Below, in pieces: positions 39,554-50,277 of a DNA stretch of 64,000 nt. The stretch is from a virus: positions 23,462 to 87,461 of IMG/VR virus record IMGVR_UViG_3300025133_009669; one strand, given 5' to 3'. The notes beneath the pieces are model-generated. The model did no database searches, was not told where the DNA came from, and worked only from the letters and a program-made list of their open reading frames with translations. The position numbers and the translations under genes are program-made. Each line of letters starts with the position of its first letter. The first letter of the stretch is position 1.

Positions 39554-39760
39554 ATGAAATTCTTTAAGGAACATCTTGAAGATATTGACGAATCTTATTT
39601 TAAGCATATGGTGTATGCTATAAGCTATAGCTTAAACCTTTTCCTAGCAGGAGCCTGCTGCATGCTTCACGCCTTTTTTCCATTTTTATGTAAAGAAATA
39701 ACTTCTGACATCATTAGCAGTATAAATGAATCTATAAAATATAGGGGAGATGAACAGTAA
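39554..39760 (+). CDS. DUF6356-like small membrane protein
   Basis: HL...ESYFKH...HAFFPFL pattern. Confidence 0.6.
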   Translation: MKFFKEHLEDIDESYFKHMVYAISYSLNLFLAGACCMLHAFFPFLCKEITSDIISSINESIKYRGDEQ

Positions 39761-39762
39761 AC

Positions 39763-40332
39763 ATGAATAAACCAAGTACAAATGTTGAGAGCAATGAACA
39801 GATATCGCCTCCTAAGTTATTAAACATTGTTTATGGACCGCATTCTACCTTGAAAACAAAAAGCGCCCCAGTAGAAGACCATGAATTTGGTGAGGCTTTG
39901 GATAATTTTACCAAACTTATGCAGATAACAATGGCCAGCTTAAGTGGCGCAGGGCTGGCCGCAGTTCAGGTTGGTCTTCTTAAAAGAATGTTTGTTGCAA
40001 ATATTAAAGGCAATGAAATTGTGATGGTCAACCCAGAGATTATCGATTCATCAGAAGAAATGGTTGCAACCCAAGAAGGTTGCCTCTCTCTTCCCTTGTA
40101 TCGTTTTGGAGCTACAAGGCATAAGACTATTACCGTTAAGTTTCAAGATACATTTGGAAATGAACTTGAAGAAGCCTATTCGGATGAAGAGGCTGTCGTT
40201 ATTCAGCATGAAATGGAGCATTTAGACGGAATAACCCTTTTGGATAAAGTAAGCAGGCTTAAGCAGGACATATATAAAAGAAAATTCAAAAAGCTTAAGA
40301 AGAGAATGAGCAGGAAGCCTTTGGGCGGGTAA
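39763..40332 (+). CDS. def: Peptide deformylase
   Basis: GAGLAAVQ, EGCLS, QHEMEHLDG. Confidence 0.95.
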   Translation: MNKPSTNVESNEQISPPKLLNIVYGPHSTLKTKSAPVEDHEFGEALDNFTKLMQITMASLSGAGLAAVQVGLLKRMFVANIKGNEIVMVNPEIIDSSEEMVATQEGCLSLPLYRFGATRHKTITVKFQDTFGNELEEAYSDEEAVVIQHEMEHLDGITLLDKVSRLKQDIYKRKFKKLKKRMSRKPLGG

Positions 40333-40338
40333 GCAAAA

Positions 40339-41256
40339 ATGTCATTTGATAAATATTCAGACCAACATACCGTAAGAATTGGCGCTGCCACAGCAACATC
40401 TCCTGCTGCAGCAGGAGATTATCTTATAAACACGGAAAATGATTTAATCTTAGAAGCAAATAACAACCTAACAGTAAGATCTGATGATACAATTGTCATT
40501 CAATCTGGAAGCGGCAGCGCCAATCTTACTTCTAATTTAGCAAATGTTGTCATAACTGCAAATACAACCGCAACAATGCAGTCTTTGTCTGGAAATGTAA
40601 ATTTGTTATCTGTATCCGGAGATATTGGTTTTACGGCATCTTCTGGTGACATTCTGGCCTCTTCGACTAATCTGGAGATAACGACATCTCAGGTTACATC
40701 TAATGTTCCAATTGATTGTACAGATGGAGATATAACTATTGCTAACGGAGATATGGTTATAAATGGAGATTTCATATACTCTCCCCTTAAGACAAGGCAC
40801 ATAAACTTACTGGGAACCAAGCTTAAGTCTCAATTGAGCACAGTTGTAACAAGCGATAAGACTGATGGATCGGGTGACCCATATTTAGAAATACCATTCG
40901 CTTCTCAATCGAACTATTTTGTCCTAGACCTAGGCGAAGTGCTTCCTCATGGTGTAACGATATATAGAATTCGTTTAGATGTGGAATTTGAAGCGACGAC
41001 TGTTGGCACAAGAGATATAAGTGTAGATATATTTGAGTCAACTGGCTTTGGAGCCAGCTATAATAGTGTGGCGTCGGTTTCTAAAACGGGAATTTCAACT
41101 GGCCGAGGCACGCAATCATTTACTATACCGACCATTTCTCTCAACTCTGAGAGCAGCACAATGTATGCAAGATTTCTGCCTCAATGGGGCGTAACTGGAG
41201 CCTTGAATATTTACAAAATTGAAATAGGATATTTTGTTGATACGATTAACATCTAG
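40339..41256 (+). CDS. Putative structural protein with beta-helix-like Ser/Thr/Asn-rich repeats
   Basis: Roughly 8-10 residue periodic small-residue repeats (SGNVNLLS, SGDIGFTA, SGDILAS). Confidence 0.5.
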   Translation: MSFDKYSDQHTVRIGAATATSPAAAGDYLINTENDLILEANNNLTVRSDDTIVIQSGSGSANLTSNLANVVITANTTATMQSLSGNVNLLSVSGDIGFTASSGDILASSTNLEITTSQVTSNVPIDCTDGDITIANGDMVINGDFIYSPLKTRHINLLGTKLKSQLSTVVTSDKTDGSGDPYLEIPFASQSNYFVLDLGEVLPHGVTIYRIRLDVEFEATTVGTRDISVDIFESTGFGASYNSVASVSKTGISTGRGTQSFTIPTISLNSESSTMYARFLPQWGVTGALNIYKIEIGYFVDTINI

Positions 41257-41729
41257 CTTCTTGTATAGCGGTCTGCCACACAACTGCTAGCCCAGCTATT
41301 TGGCTTTAATTCACAGCCAAACCCTTGTGCCTCAAAGATTATCTTTAATTCTTTGCTAAATTTAGCAGTTTTATTATTACGAATATCAGTTCCTATATCT
41401 AGATGAACTGTTAGAACCTCATCAATCAAAGGATCTAATTCAAGGGCGGCCTCAAGGCTTGAGTGAGCTTCCAAGAGCATTCTGGATCTTAGCGTCGGAT
41501 ATCTTTTCGCCCCTAGTTTTCTTTTTATATAGAAGATCTGATTCTTTGTAATGCCGCGCTTGTAAAAACAAATAGAGGTTACTATAGAAATCTTTCCCTT
41601 GATAGCCTGAGAGTCTGTTCCTATATATACTCTCAATCCCTTGTCTTTTAATTCTCTCACTTTGTCCAAGAAATCTGCATATGAAATCTCTTCACCGCTA
41701 AAAATCCTAATAGAATTATCTTCTAGCAT
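41253..41729 (-). CDS. RNase H-like YkuK/DUF458 family protein
   Basis: YIGTDSQ, RMLLEA, VHLDI, KPNSWASSCVADR. Confidence 0.8.
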   Translation of the reverse strand: MLEDNSIRIFSGEEISYADFLDKVRELKDKGLRVYIGTDSQAIKGKISIVTSICFYKRGITKNQIFYIKRKLGAKRYPTLRSRMLLEAHSSLEAALELDPLIDEVLTVHLDIGTDIRNNKTAKFSKELKIIFEAQGFGCELKPNSWASSCVADRYTRS

Positions 41730-42040
41730 ATTTAAAAAGAAACCTCCCTATTCTATATATAAAGTTATATTAATAACCTGAAATATTGTAGCATAGTAGA
41801 CATGAAGAGCAAAGATCTGAAAACCGAAAGAGATCTCAAAATTTTCTTGGCCTCACTGGAGTCTGAGTGGAATAAGGTTTCAACGATGAAAAACAAGAAA
41901 ATTCAGGCTAGAACTCTAGCAAAGCTTCGGTTTGAAATAAAAGATTTGCTTGATAGTTATGAGAGAACGCAAGACCGAAATTACTATAGGCTTTATGGAA
42001 AAGTAAAGAGATGGGTCTATACAATGGAAGGAAGACTTAG

Positions 42041-43405
42041 ATGAGCAGGAAGAAGATTAAAAAAGAAATAAGTCAATCCGAAAGAAAGAAGTATCTAAGA
42101 ACTATGATGGCGGACCTCGGAGTCACGTCCCTAAGGGATCTTCCCTCTGAGAATGCTAGAAAAAGTCTTCTCAAGGCCACGGAGCCGCGCCCATATGTTA
42201 AAAAGAGATTAAAGGATATGGGGTATGACTTTTCTTCGAATAATAATAAGAAATCACTTGGTACTAATTATAAGTCTCTTACGATAAAGGTCGCAGCCGC
42301 CTCTATGGATTCCGCCATAGATAATGCGATTAGGATAAGAAAGATAATAGGCACTCCGAATTATAGAAGAATTTTGAAAGATATCTTTCCCCCAAAATGG
42401 AAACGAAGTAGTACAGAGCAGACCTATTCCCAAAATATTTTATCAAAAATAGATTCAAATATATATTCAGAAAATCAGCTAGCTATCGATAAGGCTCTTC
42501 AGGACGTCTACTCTTATCTGTCTGACTATCATCAGAAGCGCTCTTCTCCAGAAGAGCTCAATGATTATTTGTTGGACAATAAAAATGTAATTTCAAAGGG
42601 GCATAGTTTCTCTGGGGATGTAAAGCTTCTTCAGAGAAAACTAGAGGCGTTAGGGTTTCTTTCTGCTGGCTATGCGGCTGGTGTTTATGGAAGCGAGACA
42701 GAGGCTGCAGTAAAAAAGGCTCAAATCGCCGCAGGGCTGCCTGCAACTGGCAACGTTGATTACGCTCTTTATATGAAACTTAAGAAGTCAAGTCTAAAGG
42801 CCAGCAGGCAGCCTGAGGCGGGCTCCAAAGCAGGGCCTGAAGTAGAGCATCAGACTCCAACCCTTAAGTCTGTTGAAAAAGGCTTTGGAAAAGACCTATC
42901 CTTTTTAAACTTCAGAAACCCAGGCGGTCTCACTGGAGTAAAGGAAGAAACTATTAAGTTTCTGCATATTCTAAATAGTCTTGCAAAAGAAGAGGGTAAA
43001 AAGATTACAATAACGTCTCTTTACAGAAGCTCTTATGACCAAGCCAGAGTGATGCTAAAGAACTATAACGCTAGAGGGGCCGGAAGCCGTAGGGCAGCGA
43101 ATTATCTAAAGAAGCTATACAGAAGATATCCGAGTGTAAGTGAGATTATTGAAATTTTTGCTAGCAAAAAGGATCAAGAGTCAAAGAGGAAGCAGGCAGC
43201 TAGAGTTATAAAGAGAACTTGGCCAAAAGTAGGGCATCTTAGTGGAAAATCTGTCGATATTATTCCGCGAGATGAAAAGGTTAGAGAAATTCTTCGTAAG
43301 TCACAGAGCTTTGCTGAGGTAAACATACTTGATGAAGGCAATCACTTTCATGCAACAGTAAAATCTCTGAGGCCCGGAGGAACTACTGGAGTCCTTAATG
43401 CCTAG
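42041..43405 (+). CDS. Peptidoglycan-binding domain + M15-like peptidase (endolysin-like)
   Basis: DVKLLQRKLEALGF...GVYGSETEAAVKKAQ...GLPATG; ITSLYRS, GHLSGKSVDI, HFH. Confidence 0.75.
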   Translation: MSRKKIKKEISQSERKKYLRTMMADLGVTSLRDLPSENARKSLLKATEPRPYVKKRLKDMGYDFSSNNNKKSLGTNYKSLTIKVAAASMDSAIDNAIRIRKIIGTPNYRRILKDIFPPKWKRSSTEQTYSQNILSKIDSNIYSENQLAIDKALQDVYSYLSDYHQKRSSPEELNDYLLDNKNVISKGHSFSGDVKLLQRKLEALGFLSAGYAAGVYGSETEAAVKKAQIAAGLPATGNVDYALYMKLKKSSLKASRQPEAGSKAGPEVEHQTPTLKSVEKGFGKDLSFLNFRNPGGLTGVKEETIKFLHILNSLAKEEGKKITITSLYRSSYDQARVMLKNYNARGAGSRRAANYLKKLYRRYPSVSEIIEIFASKKDQESKRKQAARVIKRTWPKVGHLSGKSVDIIPRDEKVREILRKSQSFAEVNILDEGNHFHATVKSLRPGGTTGVLNA

Positions 43406-43809
43406 ATGTGTGTGTTTATCTTTGCCATACTTTTAGGAAAGCCGGTAAGCTTTTCTAGATAAAGCCTTAGTGTAAAGGGAGTGTTTCCTGGAGCATCATA
43501 TCTTATTGTTCCTGTAAACCCAGAGGTTACTTCGCAATTTATCTCTACCGTGCTTACCCCGCGCCCAAGAGTCATAAATACATCTTCTGATCCGCTCCAA
43601 ATCAGATTTACACCTTCCTCTTCTCCAGACACAGACGCTATGATCTTGCTTATTCTAACATTGTGAACAGAGTCAGTATCAGATGAGCCTGAGAGAGTTG
43701 AGGTATCTAGGATGTCTCCAGACTCTCCTCCTATTGTTCCTGTGCTAACAAATTCTACAGTCGCAGTTTGTGCTCCATCTGCTAAAAGTCTGTTTATCGA
43801 TTCTGGCAT
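43402..43809 (-). CDS. Hypothetical (possibly structural) protein
   Basis: 135-aa ORF with GAGG RBS. Confidence 0.6.
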   Translation of the reverse strand: MPESINRLLADGAQTATVEFVSTGTIGGESGDILDTSTLSGSSDTDSVHNVRISKIIASVSGEEEGVNLIWSGSEDVFMTLGRGVSTVEINCEVTSGFTGTIRYDAPGNTPFTLRLYLEKLTGFPKSMAKINTHI

Positions 43810-44015
43810 ATCCTATTCTTCCTCTAGATATTTGCACAATATTAGTAAAAAATCTCTAATATCATTCTCTTGAATATTTAATATTAAAAATGATTCAAAA
43901 TTAATAGTTTGCAAGTGATTAAAAATTAAATCACTTAATAAATATATATTTATATGATATAAATCCCGTTGCAAAGGCAGAACTCGATTCAAAAATATTT
44001 ATATTTGAGAGGGAA

Positions 44016-45588
44016 TATGCAAAAGATTATCTTCATAATGACAGCCATACTTGGCCTTTTGGGCTGCAGTGAAACCTTTATTTATCAAATTCCGGAAGTT
44101 CCAAAGCCCGAAATAGAAGTAACTCCACTAGAATACTTCTTTGACGAAATATCTGTCGGAGAGAATTCTATTGAGACATTTACGATATCCAATATAGGCG
44201 ATGCGCCACTCTCTGTTTTTGATATAAGGTTGTCCAATAGTAACGGAACATTTTTATTAGATTCAGAAATAGATATTATATATCCGGACGAAAGTGCTGA
44301 TTTTTATGTAATTTACAATCCTATTACATACGAAGAAAATAACAATGTTATAAATATCTTGTCGAATGATTTCGATGAAGCTTTAATCCAGATTCTAATA
44401 TCAGGCCGAGGAAACTCTCCCGTTATAGATATCAGTCCATGGGAATATCAATTTCCAGAAACAAGTGTAGGATGTGAAAGTGAAAAAGTCATTATGATAA
44501 GTAATGTTGGGAGTCTAGATTTAATTATAGACAACATCCTTTATACTTCGAATGTTCCTTCTGACTTTTATCCTGAAAGCTTTTATAATATAGGCGGAAA
44601 CTTTCCGTGGACTATAGCTCCCGGAGATCACATAGCAGTTCCAATATCTTATATCCCAGAGGATACTTTAAGCGATAATGGATTTCTCAAGGTGTACTCT
44701 AATGATCTGGCTAGGCCTGAAGCGATAGCCGGGCAGACAGGATCTGGAGTCTATGAGGAATTTGTAACGGAAACCTTTTCTCAAGACGGAACATCTGATG
44801 TTGATATTATGTTTGTAATTGATAATTCTTGCTCTATGCAATCAAATCAAATTAATTTTAAAGATAACTTTAATTCTTTTATCAACGCATTCTATGGAGC
44901 AGGAATTGACTACCAGATTGGTTTTATTACAACTGATAGCTCAACTCTATCTTTGAATTCTATAGTCTCAAACCTGTCTGCAGACCCAATTGCAGAGGTC
45001 AATGATATAATTGATATAATTTCAATATCTGGTTCGAGCCATGAACAGGGGATTTTGCAGACGTACTTAGCAACACAGCCAGGAGAGTGGGCGGGTGTAG
45101 GCGGTTCATTTTTGAGAGTAGACGCAAGGCTCGTTGTTATATACCTCTCAGACGAGCCTGATCACTCTGGATCGATAGTTACCACTTCTCAGGCTGCAAA
45201 TCATCTGTTATCTTTAAAGGGCTCTTTGTCGATGGTCACTGCACATGCTGTAGCTGGAGACTTTCCGAATGGATGTACAGCAAATGGCGGAGCAGAATTT
45301 GGTGATGGTTATTATGATCTAGTAAACAATTTAAGTGGCACATTTTTATCAATATGCACATCTGATTGGGGAATCCAAATGGATGCATTAGCAAGAAGCT
45401 CTATACTTTCGAATAGTTTCCCTCTATCCAATACGCCTGTAGAGGCTTCGATTGAAGCATACATTGATGGCGTTTTAGATTATAATTGGACCTTTGAAGA
45501 ATCTACGAATTCTGTCATATTCAGTACCCCTCCTTCCGAGGGCAGTCAGATCGAAATATCTTACTCAAGATACAACGAATGCAATTAG
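44016..45588 (+). CDS. Lipoprotein with Ig-like (ASH-type) repeats and vWA domain
   Basis: Lipobox LLGC; two ISNxG..L repeats; MIDAS DIMFVIDNSCSM; LSDEPD. Confidence 0.8.
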
Positions 45589-45642
45589 GTTCGTCAGTTA
45601 TAATGAACAATAATGTACACATAATTCATAAAGGAGTTTATA

Positions 45643-46226
45643 GTGGATAACAGTAGTTTGAAAAAAATAAAAGAACTTCACGAAATACTTGTAGCCGAAG
45701 ACGCCCTCATCAGAAAGAATGCAGATTCTTTGGCTCCAGTTGTAAGACAGGTTGCCAAAGCGATAAGATGCTTGTCAGCAGCGGATTCCTGCCCTAAAGA
45801 TTGTATCGAAAGTGCGCTGGATAGCCTTAAGCAAGTTTCTTCTATTATAGGCGATGAAAAAGTTTCTTCTATATTAAATGAATAGGGAGGTTTATCATGC
45901 CTGATGATAATCAAAATAATTGGAGTGAATACTCCAAGCTAGTTCTAAAAGAATTGGAAACACTAGGCAGCGGAATAGGAAGCCTGCAGAATGAGCTACA
46001 GGCTCTGAGAGATGGCGTTTCAAGGCTTCAGTCTAATGAGTCAAAGGTTGATGAGATAAAAGAGTGGAAAAATAAAGTCAATGAAGTAAGCTCCCCTACC
46101 CAAATGAAAGAGCTTGTAAAAAAAGTTGATGACCTAAATGCCTTTAGAATTAAGGCCACTGGAATCTTTATCGCAGTGCAATTTATAATGGCCATCATTG
46201 CATTCGCAATGAAACTTACGGGATAA
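45643..46226 (+). CDS. Two small hypothetical proteins (45643-45885; 45897-46226 coiled coil with C-terminal TM)
   Basis: AGGAG/GGAGG RBSs; second has heptad pattern and hydrophobic tail. Confidence 0.6.
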
Positions 46227-46241
46227 AAGAAGGAATATTAA

Positions 46242-46964
46242 ATGAGAAAAAATATAGTTATAGCTGTTATCTCTTTTGTGGTCGGGGCAGCTCTCGTCTT
46301 GGGCATAGGCAGGTGTAATAGGCCTTTTATTCCAGAGGATAATCCCGAATATACTTACAAGGCAGAAAAGGCATCCTTAAATATAGAAGAGGCTAATACG
46401 AGAAGGGCTACAATAAAAATATTTACCCCGTCTGGAGGGCATGGCTCAGGCTCCCTGTATTATTATAAAGATAAGTTTATTGTGCTTACTGCAGGCCATG
46501 TTGTAGAGGAAGAAGGCCTCTATGTTCTTGTGGACAAATGGGGCGAAGAAAGATTCGGAAGTCTAATCTATACAGATTCAAAGCATGATTTCGCCGTTAT
46601 CTCAACAACCGAATTTTCAAAAACTAGACCACTATGGCTGAAGCTTCCTCCTTATGATATTAGAAAAAATATTGATCGAGGCTTAATTTTTTCAGGATAT
46701 CCTTCCAGCCTTCCGCTATTAACAACTCGCGGAAAAGCCGCAGGCTTCCGAGGAGAAGTTCTGTATATGCACTCTGCAGCTTGGATGGGTTCGTCTGGAT
46801 CAAATGTTTTTGATCATTCTGGTAATTTTATAGGAATACTATATGGCGTTAGCATAGGGCAGTTTGCCGGACTTCCAGCTCTCATGGAGGATATGATATG
46901 GGTGACTCCACATTATGCATTAGACTGGAGAGCTATTAATAAAGCTATAAAAGAACGAGGATAA
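46242..46964 (+). CDS. Trypsin-like (S1) serine protease with signal/TM segment
   Basis: LTAGHVV, DFAVI, MGSSGS. Confidence 0.85.
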   Translation: MRKNIVIAVISFVVGAALVLGIGRCNRPFIPEDNPEYTYKAEKASLNIEEANTRRATIKIFTPSGGHGSGSLYYYKDKFIVLTAGHVVEEEGLYVLVDKWGEERFGSLIYTDSKHDFAVISTTEFSKTRPLWLKLPPYDIRKNIDRGLIFSGYPSSLPLLTTRGKAAGFRGEVLYMHSAAWMGSSGSNVFDHSGNFIGILYGVSIGQFAGLPALMEDMIWVTPHYALDWRAINKAIKERG

Positions 46965-46965
46965 C

Positions 46966-47755
46966 ATGGATTTAAAGAAAAGACTGATTCTACTATCTGA
47001 TAAGCTTGACAGGGCAGGCTTAACTGCCGAAGCAAACATAATCGACATGACTGTAAAGGTTGCTATGAACTCAGGGCTTGCAACGGTATTAGAGGAAACA
47101 TTCATTGATGATAATGATCATCAAATTGAAGAAACAGAAAATGGCTCTTGAGGATTTAAGTAGGATAAGTTTATCCTTAATCTTTGGCAGTTAACAGAAA
47201 TATAAATGAAAGAGTTCTTCAAAAATTTATGGTTAATACTTGCGGGTCTTAATGTTGGCTTGTTTCTTTTTAGCATAGCTTTTCAGCAGTATGATATCGC
47301 AGTTATAAATATGCTTTCAGTCATATGCTTTTTGACAGGATATTCAATTGCAAGTGACAAAGAAGAGCTCTCAGAAAAATTAGAAAAATTAAAGGATAGA
47401 AAATAAAATGTTAAAAGAATTAATTAGTGTTGCTACCTCCCTAGATGAAAAGGGATTTCAAAAAGAAGCAGATGCTCTGGATGTAATCATAACAAAAATG
47501 GCCGAAGACTTTGGGTCATTTGATACTGATCCACAGTCCGAAGAATACTTCGACTATGAAGACCAAGATCAAGTAGAACGCCTCATGGGCTCTGAGGCCG
47601 ACGCTGAGCTGCTTTCAGACCTTATTGTAGGTGGAGGTCCAGTTACGGGCAAAGGCGCCGCAGATCTCAAGCAGCGGCTTCTCAGCGTCCTATTAAAAGA
47701 TGAGTTCACCCCTTTAACAGAAAAAATCCTAAAAGTTCTGGACGGCCAAGAATAA
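46966..47755 (+). CDS. Three small proteins (46966-47151, 47206-47406 two-TM, 47408-47755)
   Basis: First and third share the LxxxLDxxGxxxEAxxxD leader motif. Confidence 0.65.
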
Positions 47756-47786
47756 ACAAGGAAATAAAATAAAATAAATCCAAAGC

Positions 47787-47816
47787 AAAAAGGCCCCTCA
47801 GGGGCCTTTTCTTTTT
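47787..47816 (+). terminator. Rho-independent terminator closing the AT-rich gene block
   Basis: aaaaaggcccct-ca-ggggccttttcttttt. Confidence 0.85.
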
Positions 47817-48261
47817 GGGGCAAACCCACAACCCAAGGCATATAATTTATACGCAAAAAAGAAAAAGCCCAATTCCAAAAGAAAAAGCACCAATTCCCCC
47901 ACAAAAGTCAAAGAGAAATCTAACAAAAGTTTTCCAATTCCCCCGAAGCAGAAACAAAGATTTTTCTAAGAAGAGTCAAAGCAGATGAAAACCAAAGGAA
48001 AATCCCTCCCAAAATTTTTACGAAGAATACTCCGAAGATCTTCCCGACCCAAAGCAGGCAAAATCAAGCGAAAGAATCCTTTTGTTTTCGGGTGTGTTCT
48101 TTGATAAGATATATTTGAGTACTTGGTTTAGAAAAGACCCTCCAGAATAAGCTATACCTAAGGTTAAATAAAATAACCTACTAGATAAAGAAACTGCTCT
48201 CTCCCTCTCTCTCTCTCTCTTAAGTTTACATACACATAGAAAACAAAAAGATATCTTCTTT

Positions 48262-48435
48262 AAGCCAGAAACTGCTTTCGCGGTAGCTCTGCATATAACC
48301 ACGGCAATCCGCAGCAATCCACAACCATTGTTTTTAAGCGAAAAACAGTTATCACGGTGGCTCTGTATATAACCGCAGCAATCCGCAGCAATCCGCAACC
48401 ATTGTTTTTAAGCTAAAAACTGCTTTCGCGGTGGC
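48262..48435. repeat. About 2.3 copies of a 74-bp tandem repeat with internal GCAATCCGCA sub-repeats
   Basis: Units begin aaactgctttcgcggt/aaacagttatcacggt at 48269, 48343, 48417. Confidence 0.85.
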
Positions 48436-48615
48436 ACGCGGCGTGCCAACACGCAAGGCTCCCAGGGTAACATATAAATATATATTTCTGCGATTGCCCG
48501 ATACGTTGGCACGATTCTCCGGGTGCAAAAAAGTTACGATAAAACAGTCCTACTCTATATCTAAGTGCAAGCGGGGCAAAAGAAACACTGACTCCCCGCA
48601 AGAAAGGCTGAGACA

Positions 48616-49239
48616 ATGGCGAAGAACGCATTTGAGACCGAGGCTTCCTGCATTGCTTTCGAGCAGACCAACGGCGCAGCCCTCGACCCGCGCGACGCCC
48701 ACGGGGCCATCCGGTTGTGGATGGGTGACAGCGCCGACCGCCTGCCGCCCGCGAAGGACGGCATCTGCAAGAAGGGTGGGGTCGACCGCTTGGGCCGGCC
48801 GCTCCAGAAGGGCCGCGGGCACGGCGTGTTCGACATGGTGCTGCCCTGGAAGTCCCCCTGCGGAACCATCGTGGAAATGGTGCCCGTGTCCCTCAAGGGC
48901 AGCAAGGGCAACGGCTACGGCAACCGCGACCTGACGATGTACGACGAGGTAGTTATCGACCACGCCGAGGCGGGCCGCGCCCTCTGGGTCTTCCTGCTCC
49001 GCGAGGAGGCCGGAACCCTCCTCATGCGGCGCGTGGACGCCTCGCGGGTCATCCGCGAGGGCACCGAGGGTCACCACTGGTTCGTCCGGCAGGACAACCG
49101 GAAGGTCGGGGAGCGGGTCTACGAGTACACCCGCCTCCGCATCGAATGGAGCCGGGTCGCGAAGGACGCGGGCCACCTGTTCGCGGACGCGGACTGGACC
49201 CCCTTCCGGGCCAGCCTGGACACCGATCGCCCCTGGTAA
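48616..49239 (+). CDS. GC-rich hypothetical protein, possible PD-(D/E)xK-like fold
   Basis: Strong GC3 bias; downstream of the conserved element; FD...VSLKG is only weakly nuclease-like. Confidence 0.6.
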   Translation: MAKNAFETEASCIAFEQTNGAALDPRDAHGAIRLWMGDSADRLPPAKDGICKKGGVDRLGRPLQKGRGHGVFDMVLPWKSPCGTIVEMVPVSLKGSKGNGYGNRDLTMYDEVVIDHAEAGRALWVFLLREEAGTLLMRRVDASRVIREGTEGHHWFVRQDNRKVGERVYEYTRLRIEWSRVAKDAGHLFADADWTPFRASLDTDRPW

Positions 49240-49262
49240 GGGCAAGTCGGGCACCCCCGAGG

Positions 49263-49294
49263 AGCCCCGGAGCCTTTCGGCTCCGGGGCTTTTT
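49263..49294 (+). terminator. Rho-independent terminator
   Basis: agccccggagcc-tttc-ggctccggggct-tttt. Confidence 0.85.
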
Positions 49295-49844
49295 CGTGTC
49301 AATTTTTTGCCCGGCTGCGTGCGAGTGTACGCAAGGAGTGTGCCAACTTTTCGCAGTAAAGTCTTCTCTTTCGTGCCAGGGCCTCTGGGCAAAAGATTTT
49401 CATGCCAATTTGGCATGATGTGTGCATACGCTCAAATTTCGCAGATTTGTTTTTTTTGTTCCCTAGGGAATAAATTAAACTTTCCGAAGCTCTTTTTTTT
49501 GCCTTGAAATAAACTGGCACATTTCTTGCACATGCACGTATGGTGCCAGTTTATGTACATGCTTTGGCACACTTTATGCAGACGATCCTACGGCTGGCAC
49601 ACTTGGGCAAAAGATTTGCATTTCTAGGCTGGCACGTATGGGCATGTAACTTGCATATGCACAGCGCGTGCCAAGGTGAAATAAAGTTTTCAAAAGAAAA
49701 AGAATAGGTGGCACGCTTCGTGCATCGGACGCACACACGCGCTTGGGCAAAAGCTGGACATAAATATCTCTGCGGAACAGTCTTCCACTATATCTAAGCG
49801 TAAGAGGGAATGACCCCGACTACCACAAAAGAGGTTTCTTGAAA

Positions 49845-50231
49845 ATGGACAATCCCTATGAGGCGCTGCGAAAGGCGCTTTACGTCGAATTCGCAAAGAA
49901 GCTGTTTCCGAAGGGCACCTACGAGGGTCAGCCGGAAGTCTCCAAGATTCAGCTGATCAAGGCTTACCGCGATGCGAAGCCCGAGACAACGCTGCGGGAA
50001 GCCAAGGATGCGGTTGACGCCATGCTGGCCCCGCCGCCCGCCGAGGAGTCGAGGGCGAAGTTCGCAACCTACAGGGTTGAGGCCGGATGGGGACACGAAT
50101 ACCTTGTGGCGTGGACGATGGATTCCGCCATAAAGATGGCGTGGGAAAACTACTGCAAGGCCGAAGACTCGCAGGTCTCCTTCCGGGATTTCCGCATCTT
50201 CGCGAAGGTGGAGCGGGTTCCCTCCCCCTAG
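49845..50231 (+). CDS. Protein with ribosomal bL12 C-terminal-like motif
   Basis: KIQLIKAYRD...TLREAKDAVD resembles bL12 KIxVIKxVR...GLKEAKDLVE. Confidence 0.6.
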   Translation: MDNPYEALRKALYVEFAKKLFPKGTYEGQPEVSKIQLIKAYRDAKPETTLREAKDAVDAMLAPPPAEESRAKFATYRVEAGWGHEYLVAWTMDSAIKMAWENYCKAEDSQVSFRDFRIFAKVERVPSP

Positions 50232-50245
50232 GGAATCTCCCCTTG

Positions 50246-50277
50246 AAATCCCCCGGTCCGAAAGGACCGGGGGATTT
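50246..50277 (+). terminator. GC-rich hairpin terminator
   Basis: aaatcccccggtcc-gaaa-ggaccgggggattt. Confidence 0.8.

Noticed and set aside
49776-49796. T7-type promoter because of CACTATA
   Set aside because: Only the 7-mer matches; the TAATACGACT specificity region and GGG start are absent, and no single-subunit RNAP gene is in the window
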